NCBI GenBank assembly: GCA_963842085.1
Contig: CAWJET010000002.1
Span: 480,001-544,000 of the forward strand
Length of the DNA: 64,000 nt
Direction of reading: 5' to 3'
From: an uncultured delta proteobacterium
GTDB taxonomy: Bacteria; Desulfobacterota; Binatia; Binatales; Binataceae
Below, one piece after another: positions 40,959-51,675 of the stretch. The number at the start of each line of letters is the position of its first letter. The stretch's first letter is position 1. The notes beneath the pieces were generated by a model that ran no database searches, had not been told where the DNA came from, and saw only the letters and a list, made by a program, of their open reading frames with translations. A program made the position numbers and the translations under genes.

Positions 40959-43900
40959 ATCCAATTGTGCAGCCCCGAGCCTTGCAGCCACATCCGAGCG
41001 TAGTATCCGCTGCGGCTGATCGGCATGCCGACCCAAATCGGGAAGTAGTACACGAACAGAATCAGCGCCGTGACTAAGAACACACTGGCTACGTAGCGGC
41101 CCGAGTAGCGAGTCCACAGCAGAAAAAAGCAGTAGGCGCCCACCACCACGAGGAACGTGAGCCATCCCCACGTCGGCGGCAGGCCGAGGAAAAACACCGG
41201 CGTCATCGTCAGCAACAGCGCCAGATGCTCCCACGGCTCGGCGCGTTCCTTGAAACATTCGGCGAGCAGAATCGCCAGCGCCAGGTAGCCGAAATAAACC
41301 GACGCCATGTAATGGTAGAGGAAGAGCGTGCGGCCGATCCAGGACCATATCAGCCAGTAGCTGAGATAGCCGATGACGAGAAACGAGCGGGTCAGGGTCG
41401 GGCGCTCGATCGCATTGACGGCGGTGATCGTGATCGCGGTCAGCGCGCCCCACCATAGGACCGGATTGCCGCCGCCCCACACCGTCTGTACGTCGCCGGT
41501 CTTGGGGAAGCTCTGCCAGTACGCGATCGGACGCAGCATCAGCGGCCAGCTCCACCAGGGCGACGCGTATGGATGGGTGGCGGACGCGACGCTCTTCTCG
41601 TACCAGATGACGTCGCTGTAGTAGTGAAGCAAATCAGCAATGCCGCCCCACCAACCGAGCCAGTAATGCGGGATGAACACCGCCAAGTAGGCAAACGCGG
41701 CGACAGAGCCTACCAGCACGAGCGCGCCGACGCTCGTCGGTTCGAGCACGCTCGACAGCGACGGCATCGGCAGCGACGGCGTCGCCGATGAGGTGCGCCG
41801 CCGCAACCAAATCTCCGCACCGCGCAGCGCCAAAAATGCGAAAACGATCAGCAGGCTGTAAGCGAGCGTCGCGCCGCTCAGGAAAAGCAGCAAGCCGAGG
41901 ACGATACAGGTCACGGAAATGAACAGCGCCGAGGTCTGATCGAAAAGGTCGATTCCGAGCGAGACCGGCGCAGGCACCTTGATTTTCGTCGGCTTGGAAT
42001 CGAGCGGCGCCTTTGATTCCACCGGCGGCGGCGCCGGCGCGGGTTCGGGGCGCTCCTTCGCAAGCACGTAGAGAATGAATCCCATCACCAGCAAAAAGGT
42101 TATCGCCGGGATGTAAAGCTTGCTGGCCAGGCACAAGCCCAAGGCAAGGCCGATCCACGGCAGGATGCGCCGGCGCGCACCCGCGTCGGGCGTCTGCGCG
42201 AATCTGAAAAAGAGCAGGTACGCGACCGCCGCGCAGGTTAGATAGACGATGTCGATGACGGCGTAGTGCGAGTCGACCAGGTACATCCCGTCACACAGGA
42301 GAATCCCGCCTGCCAGCGCACCGGCCAGCCGCGAGCCCGATATCCGGCGCCCGAGCAGGTACGTGATTCCTACCAGCGCGGTGCCGATTGTCGCGTTGCC
42401 GACTCGCCAACCAAACGGGTGATCGCCAAAGAGCAGGATGCCCAGAGCGATCACCAGCTTGGCCAGCGGCGGATGAGGATCGAGGAACGACTCGCCGTGC
42501 AGATAGTGCCGGCCTTGCGCGACAAAATGGACCTCGTCGAAAACGATCTCGGCGGGATGCCCCAGGTGCCAGAAGCGCGTGACCGCGGCGGCGATCAACA
42601 GCGCCGAGATGATGAGCGTATCGGCGGCGAGCCACGGGGGCGCCGAGGCCGGCGGCTCTTCGACGGATTCCTCGACCGGCCGGGGCGTCGCGAACCGGGC
42701 GAAGAACTCGCCGACGACACTGCTGGCGCCGCTTCGCTCCTGCATCCGCGCCGCGCCGTAATAAACCGCCAGCCCGAGCGCGGCCACGTTGAGCGCCGAG
42801 GTCGCCATCGCCAGCCCGTCGCGCGCGTCAAGGAACACCACGGTCTTAAGCGTGTGCAGAACGTAGACCAGATTGATCAAACAGGTGAGCGAAACCATTA
42901 CGAACACCGCGAGCATCTCGGGCGCTTCCAGAGCCAACGGCACCGCGAGTGTGATCGCCGGATAGAGGTACCGCTCGTGCATTCGCGGCGCAACCATGAA
43001 GAATCCAAAAATCGCGATGAACGACGCGAACAGCAGGCGCGCGGGCGTGCGGCCGCGCCATAAAATCCACGCAACATAGGCGTAGAGCGGCGCCAGCAGG
43101 CTCATGCCGAGCGTGAAGTATGAGATTCCCGCCAACGTGTTCGAATCCGGCTGGCGCAGCCCGCCAAGCAGCGCCACCAGGTTGAATGCGTTGACGGAAG
43201 TCTCGTGGTAGTACGCCGCGGTGGAAGTATAGAGCTTGATAATCCAGTTCCACTCGTGGCCAATTTGGAACGGCGCAATTCCGATGATTGCGACCGCGAG
43301 CAGCGCGACACCCGACCTGAGCCAGGTTGCAAAGTCGGTCTCGAGCATCGTCCATACGCCGAGCACGGGCAGCATCATCAAACCTTGCGGCTTGACCAGC
43401 ACCGCGATTGCGGCAAGTCCCCATGCGATTTCGTACTCCTCAACAAGAATCGACACGATGCTGAGCAGCGTGACGAACGCCATCACTGAATCGCTTTGAC
43501 CCCACACGACGGTGTCGAACAGCAGCGCCGGATTCAGCGCGACCATCAGCATCGCGGCAAAGGCCCACTGTGGCCGGCTGCCACGCCGCACGAACGCGTA
43601 CATGAGAAGCGCAAGCGTAAAGTCGGCGACGATCGCGGGACTCTCGATTATGACTCGGTAGAAATCTCCCGACGCGCCTATGGCATGCGCGATGATCCCC
43701 ACGACCCACAGCGCGTACAGGTAGCCGGGCGGGTAGTCGAGGAAGAATCCTTGCTGGTACGTATGCGCGGGACCGAACGTCGCGATTTGGCTCGCCCACG
43801 CCTGGTAGTCGCCGACGTCGGGGCCAAAGCCCGGAAAGTACGGCATCACCACGAGCTTCAAGGCGGCCAAAAACCCGAGCGCGAGCAGCGCGACAGTGAG

Positions 43901-44122
43901 CTGGGAATCGCGCTCGTCGAAGAGCGGTCGCAGGTAGTCGATAAAGGCGTAGGCGACCAGCGCGATCAGAATCGCGCCCCCGATCAATCCCGGCAATTTC
44001 CCGCTGGACGTTTCGGTACCCGATGCCGCAGCGATCGAAAATATCGCCAGTGCAGCAACGCCCCAATCCAACAATGGCGCCCGCGCAATCGACCGCCGCG
44101 GCCTGTCCCCCGCAACCTTCAA
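40955..44122 (-). CDS. Double GT-C glycosyltransferase: N-terminal Gpi18/DUF2029-like domain + C-terminal PMT/GT39 domain
   Basis: DYPPGYLY, WGQSDS, SVNAFN, MHERYLYP; then VFDEVHF, HPPLAK, FGWR, HPYASPWWSWP, GNPVLWW, LFLYHY; start uncertain. Confidence 0.85.
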   Translation of the reverse strand: MKVAGDRPRRSIARAPLLDWGVAALAIFSIAAASGTETSSGKLPGLIGGAILIALVAYAFIDYLRPLFDERDSQLTVALLALGFLAALKLVVMPYFPGFGPDVGDYQAWASQIATFGPAHTYQQGFFLDYPPGYLYALWVVGIIAHAIGASGDFYRVIIESPAIVADFTLALLMYAFVRRGSRPQWAFAAMLMVALNPALLFDTVVWGQSDSVMAFVTLLSIVSILVEEYEIAWGLAAIAVLVKPQGLMMLPVLGVWTMLETDFATWLRSGVALLAVAIIGIAPFQIGHEWNWIIKLYTSTAAYYHETSVNAFNLVALLGGLRQPDSNTLAGISYFTLGMSLLAPLYAYVAWILWRGRTPARLLFASFIAIFGFFMVAPRMHERYLYPAITLAVPLALEAPEMLAVFVMVSLTCLINLVYVLHTLKTVVFLDARDGLAMATSALNVAALGLAVYYGAARMQERSGASSVVGEFFARFATPRPVEESVEEPPASAPPWLAADTLIISALLIAAAVTRFWHLGHPAEIVFDEVHFVAQGRHYLHGESFLDPHPPLAKLVIALGILLFGDHPFGWRVGNATIGTALVGITYLLGRRISGSRLAGALAGGILLCDGMYLVDSHYAVIDIVYLTCAAVAYLLFFRFAQTPDAGARRRILPWIGLALGLCLASKLYIPAITFLLVMGFILYVLAKERPEPAPAPPPVESKAPLDSKPTKIKVPAPVSLGIDLFDQTSALFISVTCIVLGLLLFLSGATLAYSLLIVFAFLALRGAEIWLRRRTSSATPSLPMPSLSSVLEPTSVGALVLVGSVAAFAYLAVFIPHYWLGWWGGIADLLHYYSDVIWYEKSVASATHPYASPWWSWPLMLRPIAYWQSFPKTGDVQTVWGGGNPVLWWGALTAITITAVNAIERPTLTRSFLVIGYLSYWLIWSWIGRTLFLYHYMASVYFGYLALAILLAECFKERAEPWEHLALLLTMTPVFFLGLPPTWGWLTFLVVVGAYCFFLLWTRYSGRYVASVFLVTALILFVYYFPIWVGMPISRSGYYARMWLQGSGLHNWI

Positions 44123-44303
44123 TACTCGATCATCCTGCTATTGCCCACATCGCGCGCCGCTAAGATAGCGGTTATTGGACCTGCGATGAACAGTCGCGGC
44201 TTCAAGCCGCGACGGCCAACGGCACCCTGCCCGCGCGAGCCGGCTGGCGAGGCCGCTCGCGCGCAGTCTATTATGCGGCATTGCCGCCAAGGAGAGCGCT
44301 TCG

Positions 44304-44966
44304 ATGCGACTGATACATACCGTCTATGAGCCCGCGGGCGAAGGACCCCATCCGACGCTGATTGCGATGCACGGGTTCGGCGCCAACGCGCTCGATCTCC
44401 TTGGACTCGCGCCGTATATCGCCGACGGCCGCTTCATGGTGATTTGTCCACAGGGTCCGATGGAAGTGCCGATCGGTCCCACGCGCGGCTACGCATGGTT
44501 TCCGATTCGGATGGGCGCTTCACCCGATCGCGGCGCAATCGACGACGCCAACAAAATGGTGACCGAGTTTCTCAACGCGGCGCTGCAGAAGTATCCGGTC
44601 GATCGAAAAAAACTGGTGGTGCTCGGTTTCAGCCAGGGCGGCATGATGGCGTATCGGCTCGCGATGAGAAATCCTTCGAAGTTCGCCGCGCTGGTGGCGC
44701 TCTCGACCTACTTTCCGCCTGACTTGAAGGACGAGGTCAACGACGCCGCCGCGCTCGAAGCGCTGCCGACGCTGGTTCAGCACGGCCGCGCCGACGAGAT
44801 GATCGAAATAACGCGGGCGCGGGCGTCGGTGGAATCGCTGCGCGCCCTCAAGGTGCCGCTGACCTACCGCGAGTACGATTGCGGTCACGAGATAACCGCC
44901 GAGGGCCTGAATGATCTCTCGAACTTCCTGACCGAGAAGGTGCTCGACCCAATCGTCAAGCCGTGA
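44304..44966 (+). CDS. Phospholipase/carboxylesterase (alpha/beta hydrolase)
   Basis: MHGFGAN, GFSQGG nucleophile elbow, HGRADE, GHEI. Confidence 0.9.
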   Translation: MRLIHTVYEPAGEGPHPTLIAMHGFGANALDLLGLAPYIADGRFMVICPQGPMEVPIGPTRGYAWFPIRMGASPDRGAIDDANKMVTEFLNAALQKYPVDRKKLVVLGFSQGGMMAYRLAMRNPSKFAALVALSTYFPPDLKDEVNDAAALEALPTLVQHGRADEMIEITRARASVESLRALKVPLTYREYDCGHEITAEGLNDLSNFLTEKVLDPIVKP

Positions 44967-45061
44967 TTTCTTCGCCTCTCCCTTCAAGGAAGAGGACGAA
45001 GGCGAGAGTCTTTATACAGCGCGCATTTTCCGCGCGCGATTCAGGATTCTGCTTCTGCGCC

Positions 45062-45821
45062 CTACTTGTCTTCGACGATCGCGACCGGACGCACCCATCC
45101 CGCACTGCCGCCGGTGATTTTGATCGGCAGCGCACTCACCTTAAATCCGAACGGCCGCGGAATCGCGCCAAGGTTGGCGAGTTTTTCCATGTGCAGATGC
45201 TCCCGCTCACGGCCGACGAAATGCGCCGGGAAAAGTGCGTCGGCCTGACCCTCGCGCAACCCGCGGGCCATCGTGGCGAACGACACGTCCATCGCAATCG
45301 CGTCGATCCCGATCAGCTTCACGCCCTGGTCGAGAATATAGTTCTGTCCCGCCACCGAGAGTCCCGCCTGCCGCCGTACGTAGTCATCGACGTTGTCGAG
45401 ATACTGGTCGCTGCCGGTCCACAGCAGCACGATATCGAGCGGCTTCAGAGCGTAGTCGATTCGCGCGAGCTCGCCCCTGATGTCCTCGACGCTGATGTCC
45501 TCGCCCTCGCGATGACGAAAATCGAGGCGGACGCCGTCGCCATAACACCACTCCAGCGGAATTTGGTCGATCGTGCGCGCGGGCTTGCCCTCGCACATCG
45601 GCCCGAAATGCCAGGGCGCGTCGATGTGATTGCCGGCATGCCCGGTCAGCGTGATCGTTTCCCATCCGAGCGCCATCGACTCCGGGTAGTCGCCGACATC
45701 GGAACCCTTGAACAGGCGCAGCATCGCGCGCGCCCTCATCGTGGCTGACGCGTTTGAAGCGATAGTTCCACGGCGGATACGGCGCGGCGTCGAGCGGAAC
45801 CCCGATGTCGATAATTTTCAC
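45062..45821 (-). pseudogene. Cyclase family (kynurenine formamidase-like) metal hydrolase with one frameshift
   Basis: HAGNHIDAPWHF, GIDA, HMEKLANL, GSAGWVR; N-terminus MKIIDIGVPL...SHDEGA lies in another frame and joins at the (GC)n run near 45726-45734. Confidence 0.78.
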
Positions 45822-45919
45822 GCATGAGATTCTAACGCCCGCGTCTCATTCTGTCATTCAGAGCCGCCGCGGCGACTATCCGGATCTTTGCCGAAACAAA
45901 GCATGCTAGGATCGCGGTT

Positions 45920-46729
45920 ATGAGCGATGACACCAATGCCGCAAAGGCATTTACCAGATTGCTCGCGGTCCTTACGGAACTGCGCGCGCGATGCCCGTGG
46001 GATCGCGAACAGAAACTCGCCGACACTCGGCGCCACCTGATCGAGGAAGCATACGAGGTGGCCGACGCAATCGCGCGCGGCAATCCATCCGACGTCGCGG
46101 AGGAACTCGGCGATGTGGCGGCTCAATTCCTGTTCGCCGGAGTCATTCTCGCCGAGCAGTCGGAGTTCGATCTCGCGACTGTCATAAATAACGCTGCGCA
46201 AAAACTCATTCGGCGGCATCCGCACATTTACGGCGATACGCGGGCCGATACGACTGAGCGGGTTCTCGAAAATTGGGAGCGGATCAAACAACAGGAGCGC
46301 GAGAGCAAGAACCCGCACGGCGCGAAGAGTCTCGCCCACGTCGGCCGCGGCCTGCCCTCGATGATGCGCGCGGAGAAGCTCGGCGAGAAGGCGCGCCGTG
46401 CCGGCATGGATTGGGCAGACGTTCGCGAGGTGCTGGCCAAGGCCCGCGAGGAACTCGACGAGGTCGAACGCGCACTCGATCGTGGCGACACCGCCGGCGC
46501 CTCCGAGGAGATTGGCGATCTAATGCTCGCGGTTGCCAACGCGCCCCGCTTCATCGGCAAGGACGCCGAGCAGACGTTGCGTGCCGCCTGCGACAAGTTC
46601 GTCACCCGCTTCGACCAGGTCACGCGCCTCGCGGCCTCGCGCGGATTAGATCTCAAGGCCATGACGCCGTCAGAAATCGACGCCCTGTGGAACGAAGCCA
46701 AAGCCGCGTCGCGCGCCGGCGAGCAATGA
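45920..46729 (+). CDS. mazG: Nucleoside triphosphate pyrophosphohydrolase MazG
   Basis: CPWDREQ, EEAYEV, EELGD, KLIRRHPH, WERIK, EEIGDL. Confidence 0.95.
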   Translation: MSDDTNAAKAFTRLLAVLTELRARCPWDREQKLADTRRHLIEEAYEVADAIARGNPSDVAEELGDVAAQFLFAGVILAEQSEFDLATVINNAAQKLIRRHPHIYGDTRADTTERVLENWERIKQQERESKNPHGAKSLAHVGRGLPSMMRAEKLGEKARRAGMDWADVREVLAKAREELDEVERALDRGDTAGASEEIGDLMLAVANAPRFIGKDAEQTLRAACDKFVTRFDQVTRLAASRGLDLKAMTPSEIDALWNEAKAASRAGEQ

Positions 46730-46789
46730 AGCAATTAATCGGAGCGGTGTATTGCCCACGCGCTCGCGCACTGTTAGAAATGACTGGTT

Positions 46790-47077
46790 ATGCCTCATAT
46801 TCCCGTTCACCCATCTGCGCAGAAGCGCCATCGCCAAAGCCTTAAGCGCGCCAAGCGCAACCGCGTCGTCAGGACGCGCGCTCGCACGTTGGCCAAGACC
46901 GCGGCGGAAACCATCGCGTCGAGCAGCGACGAAGCCGCGGCGCGCGAGGCGCTCAAGCAGGCCACCAAGGTTTTGTACAAGGCGATCAGCCGCGGCACGA
47001 TGCATCGCAATACCGTCCGCCGCAAAGTTGCGCGGCTGTCGGCCAGCCTGCATCGCAAATTCGGCAAGAAAGCGTAA
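46790..47077 (+). CDS. rpsT: 30S ribosomal protein S20
   Basis: SAQKRHRQSLKRAKRN...GTMHRNTVRRKVARL; convergent with holA. Confidence 0.93.
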   Translation: MPHIPVHPSAQKRHRQSLKRAKRNRVVRTRARTLAKTAAETIASSSDEAAAREALKQATKVLYKAISRGTMHRNTVRRKVARLSASLHRKFGKKA

Positions 47078-47101
47078 GCTGCCCGCGCTAGGCAGCGGTC
47101 T

Positions 47102-48166
47102 TCAGTCGGGCGCGCTCATTAAATCGAGCAGCAAACCGGCCAGCGCTTCTTCGCGCTCCTTGATCGTCCCGTTCTTGAATCCCGCATCCATCGCGCACGC
47201 GCGCCAGTAAGCGCGTTCCAGGCGCGCCAACCCGAAGCGCCGCGCCCCTTCGATTGCGCGGGTTGCCAGGCCGCTCTGCGGCGGCAGTCCCAGCGCGCCG
47301 GCGACATCGCCGGCGCTTCTGCGGCTTGAGATCATCGAGGCCGCGATCATCATCCGCCGCATCATCGGTATGATCTCGACCGCGAGAATCTCGAAAACCT
47401 CGCGCCCGAGCGCAAGCGCGCGGCCCAACTGCGCCATCGCCGCCGAGACCCGGCCGCGCGCGACGCTCTCCGCGAGCTCGAATGTCTCCGGCATCCGCCT
47501 CGCGCTTTCGTCCAGATCGCCCGGCTGCACCGCTGCGCCCGGTTCGACGAAGATGGTGACTTTGGCGAGCGTGTTGGCGACGGCGGCCAGATCTCCGCCG
47601 TGGCGCGAAATAATCAGGTCGATTGCGGGCGCCGACAGTTTTAATCCAAGCGAGTGCGCAAACGCATTGACGTACTGCTCGATCTGATTGTCGAACGGAC
47701 GCATGCAATTGACGAGCAGCGCAGACTTTTCGGCCGCGCGGCGGATCTTCGCCGGCGCGTTGTCTTTTTCGTAGAGCAGGATGAGGTGGCCGGGGCCGCG
47801 CGCGGTCTCGACTGCCGCCGCCAGCGCCGCCTCCGAGCCGCCGCTGCCCGACGCGCGCGCCTCGCCGCCTTCAGCGTCCGCGCCGGCAGACTCCGCCCTG
47901 TCCCGGCGCGATTTGAGAATTCGGCATCCGAGCGCACGCCTGGGTGCGAACAAATCGGGCGCGCGGAGCTCGTTCAGCACGGCGCCGTAATCGTCACCCG
48001 CGCCGACCTGAAAGCCGCGATACTCGCAGCCGTCGGCGGCCAGCTTGCGGACGATCGAATCGAGAACATATTCGCGCAGGAACGCGTGCGGGCCGAAGAT
48101 CACAACAACCGGAGGGATTCGCCGTTCCCCTCCTCGAAGGTACGCCAGCGCGGTTTCAAGCGGCAT
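47102..48166 (-). CDS. holA: DNA polymerase III delta subunit (divergent)
   Basis: VVIFG...FLR, PDLFAPRR, GGDL...LAK, FEL pattern; conserved lptE-holA-rpsT context. Confidence 0.8.
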   Translation of the reverse strand: MPLETALAYLRGGERRIPPVVVIFGPHAFLREYVLDSIVRKLAADGCEYRGFQVGAGDDYGAVLNELRAPDLFAPRRALGCRILKSRRDRAESAGADAEGGEARASGSGGSEAALAAAVETARGPGHLILLYEKDNAPAKIRRAAEKSALLVNCMRPFDNQIEQYVNAFAHSLGLKLSAPAIDLIISRHGGDLAAVANTLAKVTIFVEPGAAVQPGDLDESARRMPETFELAESVARGRVSAAMAQLGRALALGREVFEILAVEIIPMMRRMMIAASMISSRRSAGDVAGALGLPPQSGLATRAIEGARRFGLARLERAYWRACAMDAGFKNGTIKEREEALAGLLLDLMSAPD

Positions 48167-48188
48167 GCGATGGCGTCCCGGCGCGCGG

Positions 48189-48803
48189 CTAGAAGCCTTC
48201 CGCCATCTCGGTGTACAGGTTCGCCGCGAGTCCCTGCATCATCAGGTCGAGCGCCGACGCCGTTTGGGTTTGCGCAACCTGGAGATCGGTCAGGTGCGCG
48301 ATATCGGAGCCGCGCAGGTTCTGCTGCAAAAAACTTGGCGTCGTGCTCACAGTCGTCTGCCCAACGACGGGAGCCTGTTGCGCGCTGCCGAGGTTGTGCG
48401 TGCTCCAGATCGCCTTCTTCGTGTGCAGGTCTTTTAGCATTGCCGAGATTGTCATACTCTCGCTGTAAGTGGTCGGCTCAAGCGCGCTGTTGAAGTTTAC
48501 CGGCGTTTGAACAAAGAGCCTGACCTCGCCCGACAGCTCGAGATCAGCCGCGTCCGGACTATCCACGACTGTGAGCCTGCGATGCATGGCGATTTCATCT
48601 TTAACGTAGCGCATAAATTGGTCGTTGAGTCCGGTTATGCGGGTGGCGTTGTCGAATCGCGCGACGTAAATCGTCTGGGCATTTTGCGGCAGCGCATCGC
48701 CGGACGCCGCGAAGTGATAGCCGCACCCCGAGATAACCAGGCCGGCGGCGATCGCGAGGCCGAGCAGTAGCCTACTCGGCCTTGGATAGCGTGACTTCCT
48801 CAC
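48189..48803 (-). CDS. lptE: LptE-like LPS assembly lipoprotein
   Basis: Lipobox ISG-CGYHF, IYVARFDN, ADLELSGEV; upstream of holA. Confidence 0.8.
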   Translation of the reverse strand: MRKSRYPRPSRLLLGLAIAAGLVISGCGYHFAASGDALPQNAQTIYVARFDNATRITGLNDQFMRYVKDEIAMHRRLTVVDSPDAADLELSGEVRLFVQTPVNFNSALEPTTYSESMTISAMLKDLHTKKAIWSTHNLGSAQQAPVVGQTTVSTTPSFLQQNLRGSDIAHLTDLQVAQTQTASALDLMMQGLAANLYTEMAEGF

Positions 48804-49218
48804 CCTTCTGCTTGAGCCCTAACCGTCCTGCAATTTCGTCCAGCACGCCGTTGACGAAGCGCCCCGACTCGATGTCGCCGTAGCATTTCGCCAGCTCGAT
48901 CGCTTCATCAATCGTAACGCGCGCGGGGATGTCCTCCATCCTGAGGAGTTCGTAAAGCGCGATTCGCATGACGTTGTGATCAACCCGCGACAGCCGCTTG
49001 ACCGACCAATGTTCTAGTGCATCCGCCAGGTGCTGGTCGAGCGCCGGCTGCTCGCGGCGCACTCCTTCCATCAACTGGACGGCAAAGTTGCGCGCGCTCT
49101 GCTCCGCCGGAAAACTTTCGAACAGCGCGGTCAGGTCGTCGTTGCTGGCGCCACCACAGATATCAATCCGGTATAGCGCCTTGAGCGCAAGCTCGCGCCC
49201 CTGATGTCTTAGTCCCAT
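48772..49218 (-). CDS. nusB: Transcription antitermination factor NusB
   Basis: RELALKALY, WSVKRLSRVD, VTIDEAIELAK, FVNGVLD. Confidence 0.95.
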   Translation of the reverse strand: MGLRHQGRELALKALYRIDICGGASNDDLTALFESFPAEQSARNFAVQLMEGVRREQPALDQHLADALEHWSVKRLSRVDHNVMRIALYELLRMEDIPARVTIDEAIELAKCYGDIESGRFVNGVLDEIAGRLGLKQKGEEVTLSKAE

Positions 49219-49276
49219 TGCAATTCCACAGTCGCGGGCAGCGCAGCATGCGTCGGCGCAGCGGCGGCCTACGCTC

Positions 49277-50488
49277 TCAAGTAATCAGCTTCAGCTCCGA
49301 AAACAGGTGGCCGAGTTTTTCCTTCTTGGTTTTCAGGTATTCGATGTTCCCCGCATGCGGCGTGACCTCGATCGGCACGCGCGAAACGCTTACCCCATAG
49401 CGGCGCAGGCTCTCAATCTTGTGCGGATTGTTGGTCAGCAACTGCACCTCGCCGACGCCGAGGTCGCGCAGAATCTGCGCGCCGATTCCGTAGTCACGCA
49501 AGTCCTCGTCGAAACCGAGATGCAGGTTCGCTTCAACGGTGTCCATCCCCTGGTCCTGCAGCGCGTAGGCGCGAATCTTGTTCCCGAGCCCGATTCCGCG
49601 CCCCTCCTGGTGGAGATAGATCACCACGCCGCGATCCGTCGACATGATTCGTTCGAGCGCCTCCTGCAGTTGCTCACCGCAGTCGCATCGCGCCGACGCG
49701 AACACGTCGCCGGTCAGGCACTCCGAATGGAGCCGCACCAGCGCGGAGCGCCCGCCGCCGACCTGGCCCTTGACCAGCGCCAGATGCTCGCGGCCGTCGA
49801 CGATGTTGCGGAAGACGACGGCATTCAGCAGACCGCCGTCGACCGGAAACGGCTGCTCGGAAACGCGCTGGACCAGGACTTCATTGGTCAGCCGATATGA
49901 AACGAGTTCCTTGACGTAAACTATCGGCAGCGAATGCCGGGCCGCGAACTCCCGCAGTTCCTTGAGCCGTGCCGCCTCGCCGTCCTCGCGCAGGATAGTG
50001 CACAGCGCCGCGACCGGGCCCATCCCCGCCGAGCGCATCAGGTCCACCGCGCCTTCGGCGCGCCCGATCCGCACCATCACGCCGCCGCTCAGCGCCATCA
50101 GCGGCAAGATATGGCCGGGCATGACGATATCGTGATGGCGGGATTCGTCGAACGCAACCACCGAAATCACCCGCGCGCGGTCGCTCGCGGAAATGCCGGT
50201 CGTGGCGCCTTCGCGCGCGTCGATCAGCACTCCCGCCTGCTGATTCGAGTCGCCGTTGTCGGTCGAAGGCTGAAGCGGAATCCCCAGGGCGCGGAAACGC
50301 TTCTCGGGAATCGCCACGGAGATCACGCCGCGGGCCTCGCGCGCCATGAAATTGATGGCGTCGGGGGTGATTTTCTCAGCCGCCATCACCAGGTCGCCCT
50401 CGGCGTCCTCGCGCTCCTCCGCAATCATCACGACCATCTTGCCGTCGCGCAGCGTGGAGAAAATTTCTTCTAAAGAAGCCGATGCCAT
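49277..50488 (-). CDS. ribBA: RibBA fusion: degenerate DHBP synthase domain + intact GTP cyclohydrolase II
   Basis: C-terminal [28 protein letters not shown] intact; N-terminal RibB fold recognisable ([12 protein letters not shown]) but catalytic motifs altered. Confidence 0.88.
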   Translation of the reverse strand: MASASLEEIFSTLRDGKMVVMIAEEREDAEGDLVMAAEKITPDAINFMAREARGVISVAIPEKRFRALGIPLQPSTDNGDSNQQAGVLIDAREGATTGISASDRARVISVVAFDESRHHDIVMPGHILPLMALSGGVMVRIGRAEGAVDLMRSAGMGPVAALCTILREDGEAARLKELREFAARHSLPIVYVKELVSYRLTNEVLVQRVSEQPFPVDGGLLNAVVFRNIVDGREHLALVKGQVGGGRSALVRLHSECLTGDVFASARCDCGEQLQEALERIMSTDRGVVIYLHQEGRGIGLGNKIRAYALQDQGMDTVEANLHLGFDEDLRDYGIGAQILRDLGVGEVQLLTNNPHKIESLRRYGVSVSRVPIEVTPHAGNIEYLKTKKEKLGHLFSELKLIT

Positions 50489-50532
50489 CTGATTCAGTTC
50501 GACGATGGCGATATTATCACCGGCTCGACAAC

Positions 50533-51675
50533 CTAACCAGTGCGCTCGTTGCGCGCGTTGACGCGACCCTCAATCAACCAGTCATCGCCGACCGGGCGCG
50601 CCGACAGATCTGTGAGCGCGAGCGCATCGCGCACACGCGTCGATTTCATTCCGTCAATCGCGGACCGACCCGCCCCAAGAATTTTCGGCGCGACGAAGAA
50701 TGCAACCCGATCCACGATACCCGCGCTCAGCGCCGAACCGGCGAGCGTCGCGCCACCTTCGATCAGTACGCGGCACCACCCGCGATGCCCGAACTCGAGC
50801 ATCAACCGATCCAGTTCGATCCTGCCGTCATGAGTCGCCACCGCGAGCACTTCGACGCCGCGCCTTTCATATCTTCGGCGCGCCCGAGCAAGATTAGCGG
50901 GCGTGGTCACCAGTATGGTGCCCGCGCTCGACCGCTGCCGAAAAACACGCGCCGCGGGCGGCGTGCGGAGCTGCGCGTCGACGACGACGCGCACGGGATC
51001 GCGCCCGCCCGCGATTCTGCACGTGAGCCGCGGATTGTCCGCGATCACGGTGCCGGCGCCGACTATCACGGCGTCGCATTCGCGGCGCCATCGATGGACC
51101 AGTTCGCGCGACGCGCGCGAACTGATCCATCGCGAATCGCCGCTGGCCGCGGCGATTCGCCCGTCCATCGACATCGCAAGCTTGAGTATTCCCATCGGCC
51201 GCCCGCGGCTCAGCCGCGTGATGAAGCCTTCATTCAGGCGCAGCGCTTCGTCTTCGAGCACTCCGGCTACGACCTCGATCTTCGCGCGCTTGAGGATTGC
51301 GATTCCGCGCCCCCGAACGCGCGGATCGGGATCGACGCATCCGATGACGGCGCGCTTGACGCCCGCCGCAACCAGCGCGTTCGCGCATGGCGGCGTTTCT
51401 CCGAAATGGGCGCACGGCTCGAACGAGACGTACGCCGTCGCGCCGCGCGCGAGCGCGCCCGCATCGGCGAGCGCTTGCGTCTCGCCGTGCGGACGCCCGC
51501 CCACCCCAGTGACGCAGCGCCCGACGACTTTCCCGCCGCGCACGATCACGCATCCCACTGTCGGATTTGGACTGGTCAGGCCCAGGCGGCCCTGCGCGAG
51601 CGCGAGCGCCTCGCCCATGAAGTGCCGGTCCCGAACCGCGGCCGAATCAGGAGGCGCCGCCGCCTTTCTTCTCAC
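50533..51675 (-). CDS. ribD: Bifunctional pyrimidine deaminase/reductase RibD
   Basis: [42 protein letters not shown]. Confidence 0.94.
   Translation of the reverse strand: MRRKAAAPPDSAAVRDRHFMGEALALAQGRLGLTSPNPTVGCVIVRGGKVVGRCVTGVGGRPHGETQALADAGALARGATAYVSFEPCAHFGETPPCANALVAAGVKRAVIGCVDPDPRVRGRGIAILKRAKIEVVAGVLEDEALRLNEGFITRLSRGRPMGILKLAMSMDGRIAAASGDSRWISSRASRELVHRWRRECDAVIVGAGTVIADNPRLTCRIAGGRDPVRVVVDAQLRTPPAARVFRQRSSAGTILVTTPANLARARRRYERRGVEVLAVATHDGRIELDRLMLEFGHRGWCRVLIEGGATLAGSALSAGIVDRVAFFVAPKILGAGRSAIDGMKSTRVRDALALTDLSARPVGDDWLIEGRVNARNERTG

Noticed and set aside
40959-41555. N-terminal 200 aa of the 456-aa ORF 40185-41555
   Set aside because: Overlaps the PMT gene in another frame; the signal peptide and ATGA coupling place the start at 40958.
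51470-51500. RibD HGE instead of HAE as a sign of inactivation
   Set aside because: His, Glu and the PC-x8-C Zn ligands are retained, and HGE occurs in active deaminases.
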